A stretch of DNA of 63,347 nt, filler included, from Choristocarpus tenellus KU-1152 (Eukaryota; Protista; Phaeophyceae): the NCBI GenBank assembly GCA_964200185.2. It is 12 parts of 12 records of this genome, joined end to end, with 100 filler letters (N's around TTAATTAATTAA, not from the genome) between each part and the next. Parts side by side here need not be neighbours in the genome. Positions count along the whole stretch, not along the records: positions 35,691 to 42,585 come from CAXNAD020007127.1; positions 42,686 to 45,693 come from CAXNAD020022978.1; positions 45,794 to 53,285 come from CAXNAD020006074.1; positions 53,386 to 56,859 come from CAXNAD020019792.1; 8 more parts are not named here. The stretch is one strand, 5' to 3'. Shown piece after piece: positions 35,814 through 54,060 of the stretch. How positions within the stretch are numbered: the first letter of the stretch is position 1; every line of letters begins with the position of its first letter. Below the pieces are notes generated by a model. That model did not search any database. It saw only the letters and a program-made list of their open reading frames with translations, and had not been told where the DNA came from. The position numbers and the translations under genes were made by a program.

Positions 35814-38800
35814 CTGTCAACAAAGGCAGTTTCATCATCAGCAGTGGTGAACAGTTGGGCAACTCGAAGCTCGAGTTTTGCCCGTTCTCTGAACATGTGA
35901 TGAAGGTGATGGCATAATTGGGATATCAAAACACTTGCTTGTTTTGGTTTACTGAGTGCTGTATTTCTTGCCATTCAGTGCGTTACAAGGAGGCTCAATC
36001 CTCTAAAATGAATGCCACAGCGCGTGTACTACGCTACCAAGAGGTTTTCCTAGCAGAGATTCAAGTGATAAGCCTGAACATTCCGAAAAAATGTATACAC
36101 CACCGATGATGTAGAAAATCCCTAGGGCATCTGACAGATCAGCATGACTCTACAGACACCACAAGTATATGAGCGGAGATAAAGCACGGGCATTTCTTGT
36201 TTTTGTCCTCTAAAACTATTTCCAACAGGGTCTTCATGCAGCATGCCCTTCCTTCCACCCCTTCCGTCCTCTCTGTACTCACTCACATCTCCCCCTGCCT
36301 CCGCTGTATTGTCTCAATGTCTTCCTCACTTGTCCTTTCAAATGGCTGTTCACACCCCTCTTCCCTACAATCAGCGCTTGCTTCATCAGTAGTTGCTACT
36401 TCTTCTGGAGTTTCACCACCGTCTCGCCCATCATCCTCTGCTGTCTCCTCAAATTCCCGATTGTCCAGACCCTCGATTGGCTCATGCGGATCAGATCTAC
36501 CCTTGTTAGCAGGTAGTTGGCCCAAAATGAGGGGACATCGAGATAAACTATTTTTTTGCTTCTTTTCATTCATGTAAAACTAGCGTACGAGTTGGAGGTG
36601 AGAACTGTTTGCCTGTCCTGCGTACCACAGTACAATACACCTGGGATAGGGCTGTGTGTAAGTGATATTCTAATGTGTTTCTAATGTGTGTGGGGCACGG
36701 AAATTGTGAAAGTCTAGGAGGAACAAAGGGCTATCATAGCAAGAAGAAGGAAGGGGCAAGGTTGGAATGTGTCCCTACTGATGGTGAGGTTGTATGCATT
36801 GAAGTATGTCTAAAGTATGCTGATGTGAACGGGTTAATACTCTTCTGCCGGGGAGGTAAATCATGGTATATTGGACAGGGATCATGGTGCCATGCACCCT
36901 TCGGGTTGGGCTTGTCCAGTATTGTTCTGCGATGTTGTCTGTAAGTTCTTGCTGTCCGGATTCTCTAAAAAGAATCGATCATTATCATGAAGATGTATGG
37001 TTTGCATATTGGAATAAGTGTGTAGGTCGGTTTGGTGATGGAGGTCATATAGTCATTTCCATGTAGAAAGGAAGGCGGAAGAACAGCAACCTGTTCAGGG
37101 AAGAAAGGGGGGGGGGGGGGNNNNNNNNNNAGGAAAGGCACCTTGTTCAGGGGGGGAGGGGGGGGGGGGGGAAGCCTACCTGTCTCCATCATCATCTTGT
37201 TTGCTGACTTGGAAGTATGGGTTTCTGTTTCTCTTGTGAGTGAGACCTTCGATTCGATCTCTCTCCATCAATGATCTGAGGGCAATCGCAAGTGCCCTCT
37301 TCCCTACAATCTTTTCTTCCTTTGCTAGCTTCACCAAGTCCTCCTGAGGAGGATGTGTTTTGTTCTATAGTTTGACTATTGCTGAAGAAAAGAGAAAAAA
37401 ATGCCGAGGAACAAGAGTGTGCGCATCCCTAGGGATGATGCAACGGAGGTGCCACTGTAGGGCAAGGTTAGAAGCATTGGGACAAGAAGCAAGCACATCA
37501 GAAGTGTGATATTCCTTAGTACAGAAGTGACCAACCTCTGGATGTATGTGGTGGGCAGTGCGGTATAGTTGAGGGCTACCAGAGGGTCAATAATCCCAAC
37601 CCGCAGGTGATCGAGGATGGTCCGTTTATGCCAGGTTGCACATTGAATACCAATGACAAAAAAGGCTCAACCGTGCACCACACTGCTATAAATATTTGAA
37701 ATGGTATTATGTGTCTCTAGCAACCATTTTGGTAACCAATTACTGCTCCATATTTACACTAGTCTGACATATTATGATATTATGAAAACACATTAACAAA
37801 TTATTACTGTGTAGGGTATCTCTCTGATGTGGAGGTTTCTTTTGACAGCCTTCTTGTGTGTTCTGCTGGGAGACAATAATATATATAAAGGTGAGTACAA
37901 AGGAATCTTTCCTCTCAACACAACGTCATTCCACCTAAGGTTTTGAGCAGGAAGACAATTATGACCAGAAAAATAACCCCCAATACACGAGACAAGATTA
38001 GAGATGCTATCAGAAGCCTGAACGGAAGAGTGCGAGTGAAAGGCTTCTACTTCAAGTGTAATCATTAAATACGTTCTAATCAATACCTTTGGGAAAAACT
38101 GGATCTACTTTGTTCCCCAATGAAGCCAATCCTCTCTAAATTTCTCATATCGTCACAATATCGACAGTTGAAGGCACTCCTAATACTCTCTCATCCAGAA
38201 CAGGAATATCATGGTGTCACACAGAGGACTAGAAGCTTCAAGGTTGTGCTCATAGTCCCTTGCAATAAGCACTCACCTTGGTGATTACAGTGAATCTGGT
38301 TTGTTCGCTACCCTCTCCACTGCTTGTCAGTTTGATAAGTTGATCGAAGGCTGCTTTTGCCTTCGGGCATCCAGGCTGCTCTGCCAGGGTTGGATCGCGC
38401 TGTCATCTTTACTCCGAGTCGGCAAGGGCTTAAGGCGGCAAGGAAACCACTTCTTCGGCTGAACGCATTCCATTGAGTTCGACCCTTTCTATCTATGCTC
38501 TAGTTTGACCAACACTTATTCCACCTTTCCTACACCTGACGGTTAGGTAGGTTGAGAGACAGTATGCAATTTTCCCTTGATTCTTGAATTAGAGACCCAA
38601 GTTTAAGTCAACGACAGCTGATGGATGATACCCCTCTTCCTTTTCTGGACAAACGATACTCCATAAGAACATTTTGCGAAGATCATCAGCTCGACAGAGC
38701 CGACTCGTGCTACTGATCCTTCTATTTTTTGGTCATTCACTCAACATACTCCTGTAACTACACTTCTGACCTGAGGTTCCAATAACATGGTGAAGGTTCG

Positions 38801-39007
38801 CCACTGCTCAACCACCGCTCTCTCCTTGGCCTCAATTGGATTGATGGGTTGAAAGACTGGCACAGGGCCTCTGCGCTCTGTTGGCGAGGGCACGTGGCCC
38901 CCAACATATCCATTGCCAACCTCTGGCTCAGGGGACGAGGGCGAAGATGGCACGATGAGTTGACGACTAGAAGCCGTACGCTCGAGGGACGACTGTGGGG
39001 ATGGCAT
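35814..39007 (-). CDS. Unknown protein, 5 exons (39007-38771, 38399-38277, 37343-37180, 36496-36287, 35888-35814), 3'-truncated by the contig end
   Basis: All junctions are GT-AG with compatible phases (0, 0, 2, 2) and no stops. Ser/Pro-rich N-terminus, a helical segment FTVITKEDLVKLAKEEKIVGKRALAIALRSLMERDRIEG, then an acidic linker. Confidence 0.75.
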
Positions 39008-39385
39008 GATGATGAGTTGAGGCTCGCAAGTCGCAAGTCGCAAGTCGCAAGATGTGACTTGAGACTGAACGACCCCCCTGAGCGATAGGGATTGAGGGTT
39101 TGTTTATCTAAGTTACGACATATATGGAGGTAGAGGGTTGTGTTCCGTTGCAACTTGTTGAACAAAGTCAGAACTCAAAATCCATACAATATGAAACGAT
39201 ATCCTAACCCTTCGTCACTACCGACAAACTCACTCCCTACCGACCGCAACTAGGGTTAGGGATAATTTGTGAACATCATCGATCACATGCGCTCCTCCAC
39301 ACCAACGTAAGCACAGTAGTCAGTACATCACAGCTCCAACGAGACACACTTCCTTCTACCCATCTTTAGTCACCCCTCTACAACT
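39008..39385. promoter_or_regulatory. Bidirectional promoter / 5' UTR region between the unknown gene and FBA
   Basis: Only 378 bp between divergent ATGs; CpG-rich; contains (TCGCAAG)x4 at 39024-39051 and the telomere-type motifs CCTAACCCT (~39203) and TAGGGTTAGGG (39251). Confidence 0.65.
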
Positions 39386-42300
39386 ATGAAGCTTGTGATG
39401 GCTCTCTCCACTGTCAGCGCTGTGTCTGCGTTCGTGGCACCCGGCCAGTTCATTACGTCACAGGGAAGTGCTGCCCCTAGCAAGTCCAACTTGCGCATGT
39501 CCCTCGATGACTACAAGACTGAGCTGGCCGCCACTGCCAAGGCCATCGCTAGCCCCGGTGGGTGTTTTAATGTTATTAGCGTGTCGAGAGATGTCCTAAT
39601 TGGGTTTTCCATCGATGAGGTACCACATTTTCGCTGATACATGCGATTATGGGGTGATATTTCATGCCGCTTCCGTAGAGATTGCCCGTCAAACTTCAGC
39701 GTTATATTTAGGACCCAAGGAGAAGGTGTGCTCTTCGTACGCCATCGAGACTAAGCCTTCAATGGATGGTCTAGATTCCTGATATGGTAGAGAGTTGCAA
39801 TGGGTTGATAAGAGACCTTCCGTTCGAAATCCGAGGATCTGATAATGAACTTCGTTCTCAGTCATCCATCCCCAAAGATATCTTCCTAATGCAGCACTTG
39901 CAGTCCTTCTTTCAGTTTTGGCTAGGTCCTTGGACCTTCCATGTCGGATTCGAAGTGTTGGGTCAATTTGGCATAATTTGTGGACTGTGTAGCTGCATGA
40001 ATTGACGTTTCTTGCTTCGTACGAATGTGCGAGATCTACTCTCAAGTTATTGGATCAAATATCCTTCATACTGGTTGTTCATCCTGGGCTTCAGGACCAC
40101 TGCGTTTCTTCGGTCAATGGAGTTGGGTCCGGTACGCACGGGCTGCGGACACAATAGCCTTAGGGTTAGGGTTAGTTGACTACGACCGAAAGAGCGCATG
40201 TATCCTCCACAGCATAACACACCCTCCTTAATAAAACTAGCGTTGCCTATTCCCTTCTTTCCGAATCTTCAATTCCCCAGGTAAGGGCATCCTGGCTGTG
40301 GACGAGTCCACCAACACCATCGGGAAGCGTCTGGCGTCGATTGGCACAGACAACACCGAGGATAACCGTCAGGCCTACCGCGGTGAGAAGAATCGATGGT
40401 CAATCCAGGGACGCTATTCCATATTAGAGATAGCAAAATGAGGAGCGTTCAACTTTCACGACCTCCGCAGATCTGGAGGAAGCATTGTCCGCACCCTGCT
40501 ATTTACGGTTTCCAACTTGCCTCAGATTATGAAAGAATCCCCCCTCTTCAGAGATAATGATAAAAAGAGAATCTGCGCAAAAAGCGTGTCTTCTGAACAA
40601 GTCGTTGTCTTTGCTCTGTAATTCTCAAAATACAAAAAATGACTAGATGCACTTTAAATGTTTCATCTTGGAATGTTATTTTTCTCACGACTTAGGAAAA
40701 TATTTGCTTTTTCTCTTTAATTAGAACTATCTTGTGCCAACAGAAAAATTCTCTTCGAAGGTTGCTTTATAAATCTGTCTTTGCTTTGGTTCCTGTTTTC
40801 TTATTTTTCTTTCTAAACAATTAGGTCTGCTCTTCACCACCCCTGGCCTTGGAGAATACATCTCTGGAGCCATCCTGTATGAGGAGACTCTCTTCCAGAG
40901 CCACGCCAATGGCACCCCCTTCGTAGACTGCCTTAAGAATATCGGTGTGATCCCTGGTATCAAGGTAAGAAATGATCTACTATCAATATCGTTTCACTGA
41001 CTGCATGGGGGAAAGGGTAAATACAGTGCAACTTCCTGATGCTTGCCCTCTATTACATAATTTCTGTTGGGTTCTTTATATTTAAGATGAAAGGGAAATT
41101 TCAGTATGGGATCAGTAAAAAATGTGGCTTTGTACCTGGTGCAAATTGTACATAATACTTTCACCTGAGATCTTGCGTAATATTTCTCTTTTTCCATAAG
41201 CTGAATGAACAAATGTTTCTATGTACCCTCTCACTTACATTTGGTGTAAAGTTTAATGCAATTGTGGGATATTGTTAATGCATGTTAAATGATTGTAAGG
41301 AACATGCCACAAGTGTAGGAGAAAATATGTTTTGAAGTTCTTTGTCTTTAAAGTAATATCATGTTACACAGGTTCTTCTGTTAATAAAAACGTTTATAGA
41401 TTTTTTCGTAAATGTGACGATCATTTCCTTTGCAGGTGGACACTGGACTTGTCCCCCTCCCTGGAGCACATGAGTGCGAGACCTGGTGTACTGGCCTGGA
41501 TGGCCTTGTGGAGCGTGCAAAGAAGTACTACGCCCAGGTTAGTAATGTAGAGCACCATGTAGTTGAAAATAATTATTGGTGGAAAGTAAAGGGGTATCAT
41601 ATATGACCAGACTTGCTCAAGGAAGCTCAAGGAAAAAAAGTGTGGTGAGAGATCATGTCAACAACTGCAGTGGTTGTACTAGTGATGTGTTTTTTAAATC
41701 TAATTTTGATTGATCAACAAATATTGTAAAAACTGTTGGATTGATCATTCATTGTCATTGTGCACAATGAGAACTGCGGGCAAATGTACCTATTGAAGAG
41801 TTGTTTGGAGATGCGATAGTAATTTTGTCTTCTTGGGGTGCTGAGGTTGGGTCTGTGTTCGCTTTGATTGGGTACTGCTCGTCGATGGGGAAAAATGAAT
41901 CAGGAGGGGTATATTCTTCTGCTGCAGTAAAACAACTCACTGTCTGTGATTTGTTTCCTCCGTTCAAGCTTCGAACATCATGTACAGAGTTTAGCCATGC
42001 TTAGGTACTTCTTGATGCAACAACACCTAAAATAGGTCCGGAAAAAGTGTGATTTATAAATGCAAATTAGATCAAGGTTGCAAATTATTGATGGCAGGCG
42101 CAGTAGTGTAACACATTTTTCATCTTCCTAAATCATATCAGGGTGCTCGCTTTGCCAAGTGGCGTGCGGTGCTTCAGATCACCTCGGATGGTGCCCCAAC
42201 CAACCTCTCGATCCAGGTAAGACTCTGCTTGCCATCACCCATACAACAGGAAACATAATATGAGTATTGATGTGTACATTTCTTTGACAAAAAGTCAAGG

Positions 42301-42582
42301 CATGTTTCATCCTACATTGAGTTCCTTGCAGTAAGTTGGCGTTAATGATTTCCAATGTTAAATCATTAAGAAAAAACGTACAATTTAGGTCCCTTTAATT
42401 CGTTCAATCTCTGCTGCTCATGACCTGCCCTTTACCTGCCTTATTTTGGAACAAACTAGGAGAATGCATGGGGTCTGGCCCGGTATGCACGTGCTGTGCA
42501 GGAGGCTGGCCTTGTTCCCATTGTTGAGCCTGAGATCCTTATGGATGGTGACCACAACATCGCCACCACTGCCGTTGTACAG
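39386..42582 (+). CDS. FBA: Class I fructose-bisphosphate aldolase, plastid-targeted; exons 39386-39557, 40281-40382, 40825-40964, 41436-41537, 42142-42216, 42460-42582; 3'-truncated by the contig end
   Basis: The spliced product has the class I FBA motifs [52 protein letters not shown] and [16 protein letters not shown]. The N-terminus [15 protein letters not shown]|FVAP is a signal peptide + ASAFAP-type transit peptide. Confidence 0.97.
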
Positions 42583-43085
42583 GTGNNNNNNNNNNNNNNN
42601 NNNNNNNNNNNNNNNNNNNNNNNNNNNNNTTAATTAATTAANNNNNNNNNNNNNNNNNNNNNNNNNNNNNNNNNNNNNNNNNNNNAAAAATCGCGACATA
42701 AAAAAATTGACCCCAAATGGACAGCCACCACCCCCTCCCGGATACTTTCAGCGTGTCAAGTCTGGTTTCAGACAGATTGTTGCCCGTCACAATACAAATG
42801 GAAGGGATGCATTTCAAGCAAGAGACATTGGGCAGGTGGGCAAGAATGGACCTGGCAGATTATTTGGGATGCTTCCCCAAGTCTCCGTCCACCTTCATAG
42901 GGCTAAGTTAGAAGGATGGCAGAGTGTACATATCAAGGGAGATATATTTTCTTATTATGCCCTCTGACATTTTACAGATGTGTCAAGGGAAAAGTTGACG
43001 AAAAGTCAATTCAATTTCAGAACCCCTGAAAACGCAACAGCTATTATAAATAAAAAAAATATTTTTCTATCATCAATTTACTACT

Positions 43086-43266
43086 GACCCAAAGTATCTG
43101 GGGGGGTGGGGGGGGTCTACACGAGGGTGTCCATTTGGACCAAAATCGGGAAAAGTGCATTTGCATTATCCATCCGACGTACGGCGACCAAATCACCCAA
43201 AAATCACGATATGAAAAAATTGACCCCAAATGAACAGCCAAACCCCCCTCCCAAATAATTTGAGCC
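43086..43266 (+). mobile_element. MITE family C copy, TSD ACT
   Basis: act|GACCCAAAGTATCTGGGG ... TTTGAGCC|act. Confidence 0.9.
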
Positions 43267-44429
43267 ACTTTACTACCAGCTATGCCACACCACTCTCCTC
43301 CTATACCTCCAACCTAGCTTAGCCCTACACCCCAGGGCGGGGAGCTAGGGAAGCATCCCAAGAATTTGATAGGCCCCTCCTTGCCCATCTCCCTGGTGCC
43401 TCCAGATTAAAACGCACGACACGTCTCGATAGAGCCACTTGTGTTGCGATGGACACTATCTGTAGTAAAACGGATTTGACAGCTCCTTTCCTGCTGTAGC
43501 CTCCCACCCCTCTCCCCCCTACCACATGCGTAGCCAACTCATCCAGAAAAGTTTCTTCTTGCTTACCAACGCACTCGAAACTACAAGGGAGATATATTTT
43601 ATCATTGTGCCCTCTGACATTTTACAGATGTGTCAGGGGAAAACCAATGAAAAATCATTAGAATATCAGAACAACTTCAAAAAGAGTAACAGTTGTCGTA
43701 AATGTGAAAGACATTTTTCTATGGTCTGTTTATTGTTGTATTTTATTATTATGCCCTCTGACATTTTACAGATGTGTCACGGGAAAAGCCAATGAAAACT
43801 ATCCACATGTCAGAAAAATCCCTAAATATTAACAGTCTTCATTAATGTGGAAAACATTGATCTATTTACTATTTTACTACCAGGTATGCTGTACCTACTA
43901 CTGTATTGTTGTGTGATGTGGAAAAGAGTGTTTCTCGTTAATATATTGTTTGTCCTGTATGCCATATACCTACATACCGATTGAGGTTCTTTTGAGGTTA
44001 ACTTCAGTTCAATTGTGGCGGATCTTTGGAAGGATAGGTTTCCGTGACTTCCTGTGATGTCTGTTCTTGAGCACGTCTTCTGAAGACGGATGTCCCACCT
44101 CTTAGGGGTTTATTTTCTGAACCCAACCCGACCTGTGATCCTCTCCAATGCCTCGGTCCTTGTCCTTGTGTCCAACCTCAACCTCATCCTCTTCTTTGTG
44201 GTTTGTCTTGGTCCGTCTGATCCCTTTTGGCTAGTGATTCTTGTCTTCGCCACCCTTGCCTGGGTGAACCATGACCCCACAAAATCACACGATTCACAAT
44301 GGTTATTCTTTAATTGGTAAATATTTTAGGGAGGTATCTTATTGATAACAACTACTATCGCTTTATCTACAATGGCAGTAAACTCCTTGTCGATTAGACT
44401 CTTGGGATGCTTCCCTACCTCCTCACACT

Positions 44430-44691
44430 GAGTGAAATTATCTTAGAGGACAGGAATTTTGCCCTGTTTGTCCATTTGGGGCGTGACTTCCCACGTTTTT
44501 TTTATGGCCATTTACCTACTCTGAAATGTTTCGGATTAAGTAAAATGTATACATTATTATGAAAAGGTGTGTCCGGAACAAGGATACTGACATTTCCTAC
44601 CAAAGACAATAGCCAAAATTACATCAAAATCGCAAAATTGGATTTTGATCCCTAAATGGACGCGGTTCTACCTTCTAAGATACTTTGACTC
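44430..44691 (+). mobile_element. MITE family A copy
   Basis: Both TIRs present; flanks act/cct. Confidence 0.88.
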
Positions 44692-47564
44692 CCTGGCCCC
44701 TGGCACATCTGCAAAATGTCAGAGGGCATAATGATATAATCAGTTTTGGTATTGGTTTTCCCTCTCCCTCAGAGTTCGTATTTGCAGTATGTCAGAAAAA
44801 GTGTGCATATATTGCTATACGTTTCTTTTACAGTCATGGTACTACTAACCTGCACAAACTCTATCACTTCTATATTTTTATTTTTAATATTATGCTCTTT
44901 GACATTTTCCAGATGTGTCCGGGGAAAAAAAATATTTTCTGCTGTGGTACAACCCCTTAAAGAACTTAACAATCCTATAGAACGAGGAATAAAACATCAA
45001 GTTCCACTTTGTTTATATACTTCTATTTACATATTACTGTGCCATTGACAATTTGGTCATGTGTCACGTAAAAGACCACATCAACATCACAACGACCCCT
45101 GGAAAAGTAACAGTTGTAGTAAATGTGAAAGATGTCTCTCTAAGATCTACTCCAGAGTATTTACTATCGGAACACCAGCTACACTACAAATACTCCCTTA
45201 AAGCTTGGAAATCACAATGTTATTTGGAGATCGCTGCTATGCATCCAACTCAGTTTAGCCCCACACAACCAAGCGAGGAGGTAGGGAAGCATCCCAAGAA
45301 TCTAAAATTCCCCTCCTTGCCCATCTGCTTGGGGTCTCCAACATAAAACGCATAACACATCTCGAGAGAATCACTTGTGTCGAGAGAGACACTATCTGCC
45401 GTAAATGGGATTTGAGATTCCCTTTCTTGGTATAACCTCTTGTCCCTCTCCCCCTTACTGCTTGTGTAGCCAGCTCATCCAGAAAACTTCTGCTTGGTTA
45501 CCGAGGCACCCAAAACTTGCCACTGTGAAGGTTTAATAAATCCTGTGAGAAATAGAACTTGGACCTTCAAATACCCCACCCTCCACCTTTCTCTTTTATA
45601 TAACTCTACCAAAAGTCCAATAGATTATGTGAATCGTGTGATTCTGTGACGGCGTGGTTCACTCAGGCAAGGGTGGTGAAGAGAATCATCGGGNNNNNNN
45701 NNNNNNNNNNNNNNNNNNNNNNNNNNNNNNNNNNNNNTTAATTAATTAANNNNNNNNNNNNNNNNNNNNNNNNNNNNNNNNNNNNNNNNNNNNGTGCTAT
45801 TCGCGTGTAACAAACGTTTGCACTTCGTTGAAATATAAGAAGAAAAGCTCGCGCTATTCGCCTGTAACACTTATGTCCCCTGTCCTGGATGAGTACGCAC
45901 GACAAGCAGTACAGATTGGTATAGCGTAATGATTGCGTCTTGCAGAATGAACTTTCCTTAATGACAACCAATTCAAAAAGCCTTAAAATACACAATACAA
46001 CAGCCCACTCAAGATACGCAAACATACTTACATCACACAATCACGGTGAAGATAATTTTGTTGACTACAGTATTATTTTCGTTTGATGCCATGGCCCATC
46101 GTCTACTAGTATTGCAGGAGGTGGAGCTGCGGAAGGAAGCATATCTGCCTTTCATCACGAGAGTAAGTGGAGGAGAACGAAGTTTGAGATATATCGTGTC
46201 CAGAAGACGACGACATCCCACGTATTATATATATGCGTACTACTAAGTGTATTACGTCAATTTTGTTTAGGACTTACGATGTGTGGAGTGGAAACCGAAC
46301 CCTGGAAGAAATGCTCTGATGTCAATCCACCATATGCATACACCACGACCCAAGCTGAAGACAGCTTACACGACTGTCCCTCACTTACACTTGAATGCTG
46401 TCGGGGTGGTTCAGAAGTTGTTGACAGCGGTAACCTGCGTGGATGCAGGGGGTTCTATCCCCTTCTACACTCCACTTTCCTTACAAAGATGTGGTTTCCA
46501 GATTGCTAATTTCGCATGGAATACCCAACAAATCGAACTCCTGTCTACTATGCTGTTGACTTGCCTGAGTTACATCAACAAAAAACAGGGCAATTTTTGA
46601 GGGAGTTGTGGGAGTGGTGGGAGTGGTGGGAGTGGTGGGAGTGGTGAACTTAAAATGTGAGAAGGAAGGGAAGGAGTAGGAAGAAAAAATAATAGTAGTA
46701 GAACAGTTAATATTAACACTAATAGATTATATCAATTTAATGTATGGAGGAGTGTAGTGTAAACACTACCTTCAACCAGTGTGAACATTATCTATGTATA
46801 ACTATTTAATTCTTGACTAAGAATATGTATATGATTTGTACCTATTGTAAAACAGGATTTGTGGGTTTGGAGGTTGGATTTATCTGCAATACTACTATTA
46901 CAAATATGTTTGAAGCAAGTTGGTTTGATTATAGATAGGTTTCAAAAATTTCAAAAATCAATATAATATTACTTCCACAAGTATGCTAATCTTTGTATAG
47001 GATATAATATATATTATTATGCCTTCTAACATTGAAAATAAATTGTTTGTTGGCGTTTTATCACCTTTATCAATTGATTTTTTGAGGATTAATTTTCTTG
47101 TTCAATTATTTCAATTGGAAATTATGTTATATTATTATGCTCACTGACATTTTGGAGATGTGTCAGGGGAAAACCAATGAAAACTATATACATACATATG
47201 TGAATATAAAACAAATTATTGTGTCGAAGTTTCTCTGAAGTGGTTGAGATGATGGTATTAAAAAAAAGTCTGACGTATATGTGTGCGTCACAACTCAGAT
47301 CTATCACTAAAATTATTGAAACTATGTACTATTTATTAAATCTTTGGATTGGTCCCTCTTGTTCTAATAATCCTCATATAGAACAAAAATACTAAAAAAT
47401 AGAAGGAAACGGCACTATCATAAGTCCTCAACTGCTACTGATGTTCTGCTCTTCTTGTTTTTGCAGCAGACCACACCTTCTAGCATGCTCATGTAGTGTA
47501 TGGAGTAACAAAGAAAGGAGCTGGAACTGGCTCGATAGCTCAAAATGTAGTTTAATTGTATACC

Positions 47565-52907
<5,343 letters not shown>

Positions 52908-53481
52908 AGCGCAGCTAGTGATCAGGCGATTGTTTTGTCAGTGTTTGGTGCGTGTCGGTGTTGATGAGGGAGTGTACGGTAGGGATTTTTTTTTCTTTCT
53001 TAAAATGTATACATTGGGCAGAGCACGATGGGAGCGAAAGGCTTTTTTTTGTGTAGGTTTGACAAACAAAAAGAAAATCCTAATATTTTCGTAAACCGTT
53101 TTTGCAGCTCGCTTTGGCAGGAGCCTTCCTCCTCCTCGTTCGTTTAGAATTTTTTTTCTTGTACGACAGTTTTTTGTTGTTTTATGTTGGCGAGAGAGTT
53201 GGAAAGGGGGAGGGGGGGGGGGGGGGGGGGGGGGTTTTTTTTGGGTGTTGTGGGGAGGGAGGACGCGGTCCTCCCCCCCCCCCCCNNNNNNNNNNNNNNN
53301 NNNNNNNNNNNNNNNNNNNNNNNNNNNNNTTAATTAATTAANNNNNNNNNNNNNNNNNNNNNNNNNNNNNNNNNNNNNNNNNNNNGGATGGGGGGGGTGG
53401 GGGGGGGGGTGGGAGTGTTAGGTTGATGTCAACAATTGCAGTAGCCCTAGGAAGTCTTGCTTCGGTCCAAGTCTGACTCAC

Positions 53482-54021
53482 CTCAAAGATGTTGGCTATC
53501 TCTCGCTGTGTGCGTTCCGGCACATCCCGCAGAGATTTCATGTGGTCAAACCTGGCGGTATTGGTGTTGGGAAACACACGGGAAAAAATTGTGAGATTTT
53601 TGTTCCTCGTCAACCTCTTCCCCTTTCAAGCTTTGGTTTAGGGATATGGGTTGGGAAATATTCTGAACATAGCCCCCCTCTAATAACAATGTGTCGGGTG
53701 CTCTTCCGGCAAAAAGATTGGATCCTGTTTGTTCCATTGTATCTTGATTAATTCCATATGTGAAGAAGTGAGTGAGTTATAGGGAAGAGATTCAGCTTCT
53801 ACCTGGGATCCTTATCTGGAACAGCCAAGACCTTTTCGTCCAGTCCCTTCTCATCTTCTGTTGATGCCCATACCTGGGAGGGGAGGGGAGGGGGGGGGGG
53901 GGGGGGGGGGAAGGGGGAGAAAAGGGGGGAAAAAGAAGAGGAGGGGAAAAGGGTAATTTTTTTTTTGAGAAAAGGNNNNNNNNNNCGGGCGGGCTCAGGT
54001 CATAGGGGCGGGGGGGGAGAG

Positions 54022-54060
<39 letters not shown>

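Larger units (their letters stand above)
42953..45130. repeat. Cluster of a repeat family with core TATTATGCCCTCTGACATTTTACAGATGTGTCAGGGGAAAACCAATGAAAA
   Basis: Copies near 42953, 43603, 43747, 44704 (inverted), 44888 and 45035; also near 20022 and 23814 (both inverted) and 47134. Confidence 0.8.

Noticed and set aside
40279-40286. AG|GTAAGG at the start of FBA exon 2 resembling a recursive splice site
   Set aside because: Fully explained by the conserved G-K-G codons of aldolase.
46090-46600. Two exon-like blocks upstream of PHTF
   Set aside because: Splice-like signals are present, but there is no recognisable product and the frame is ambiguous.
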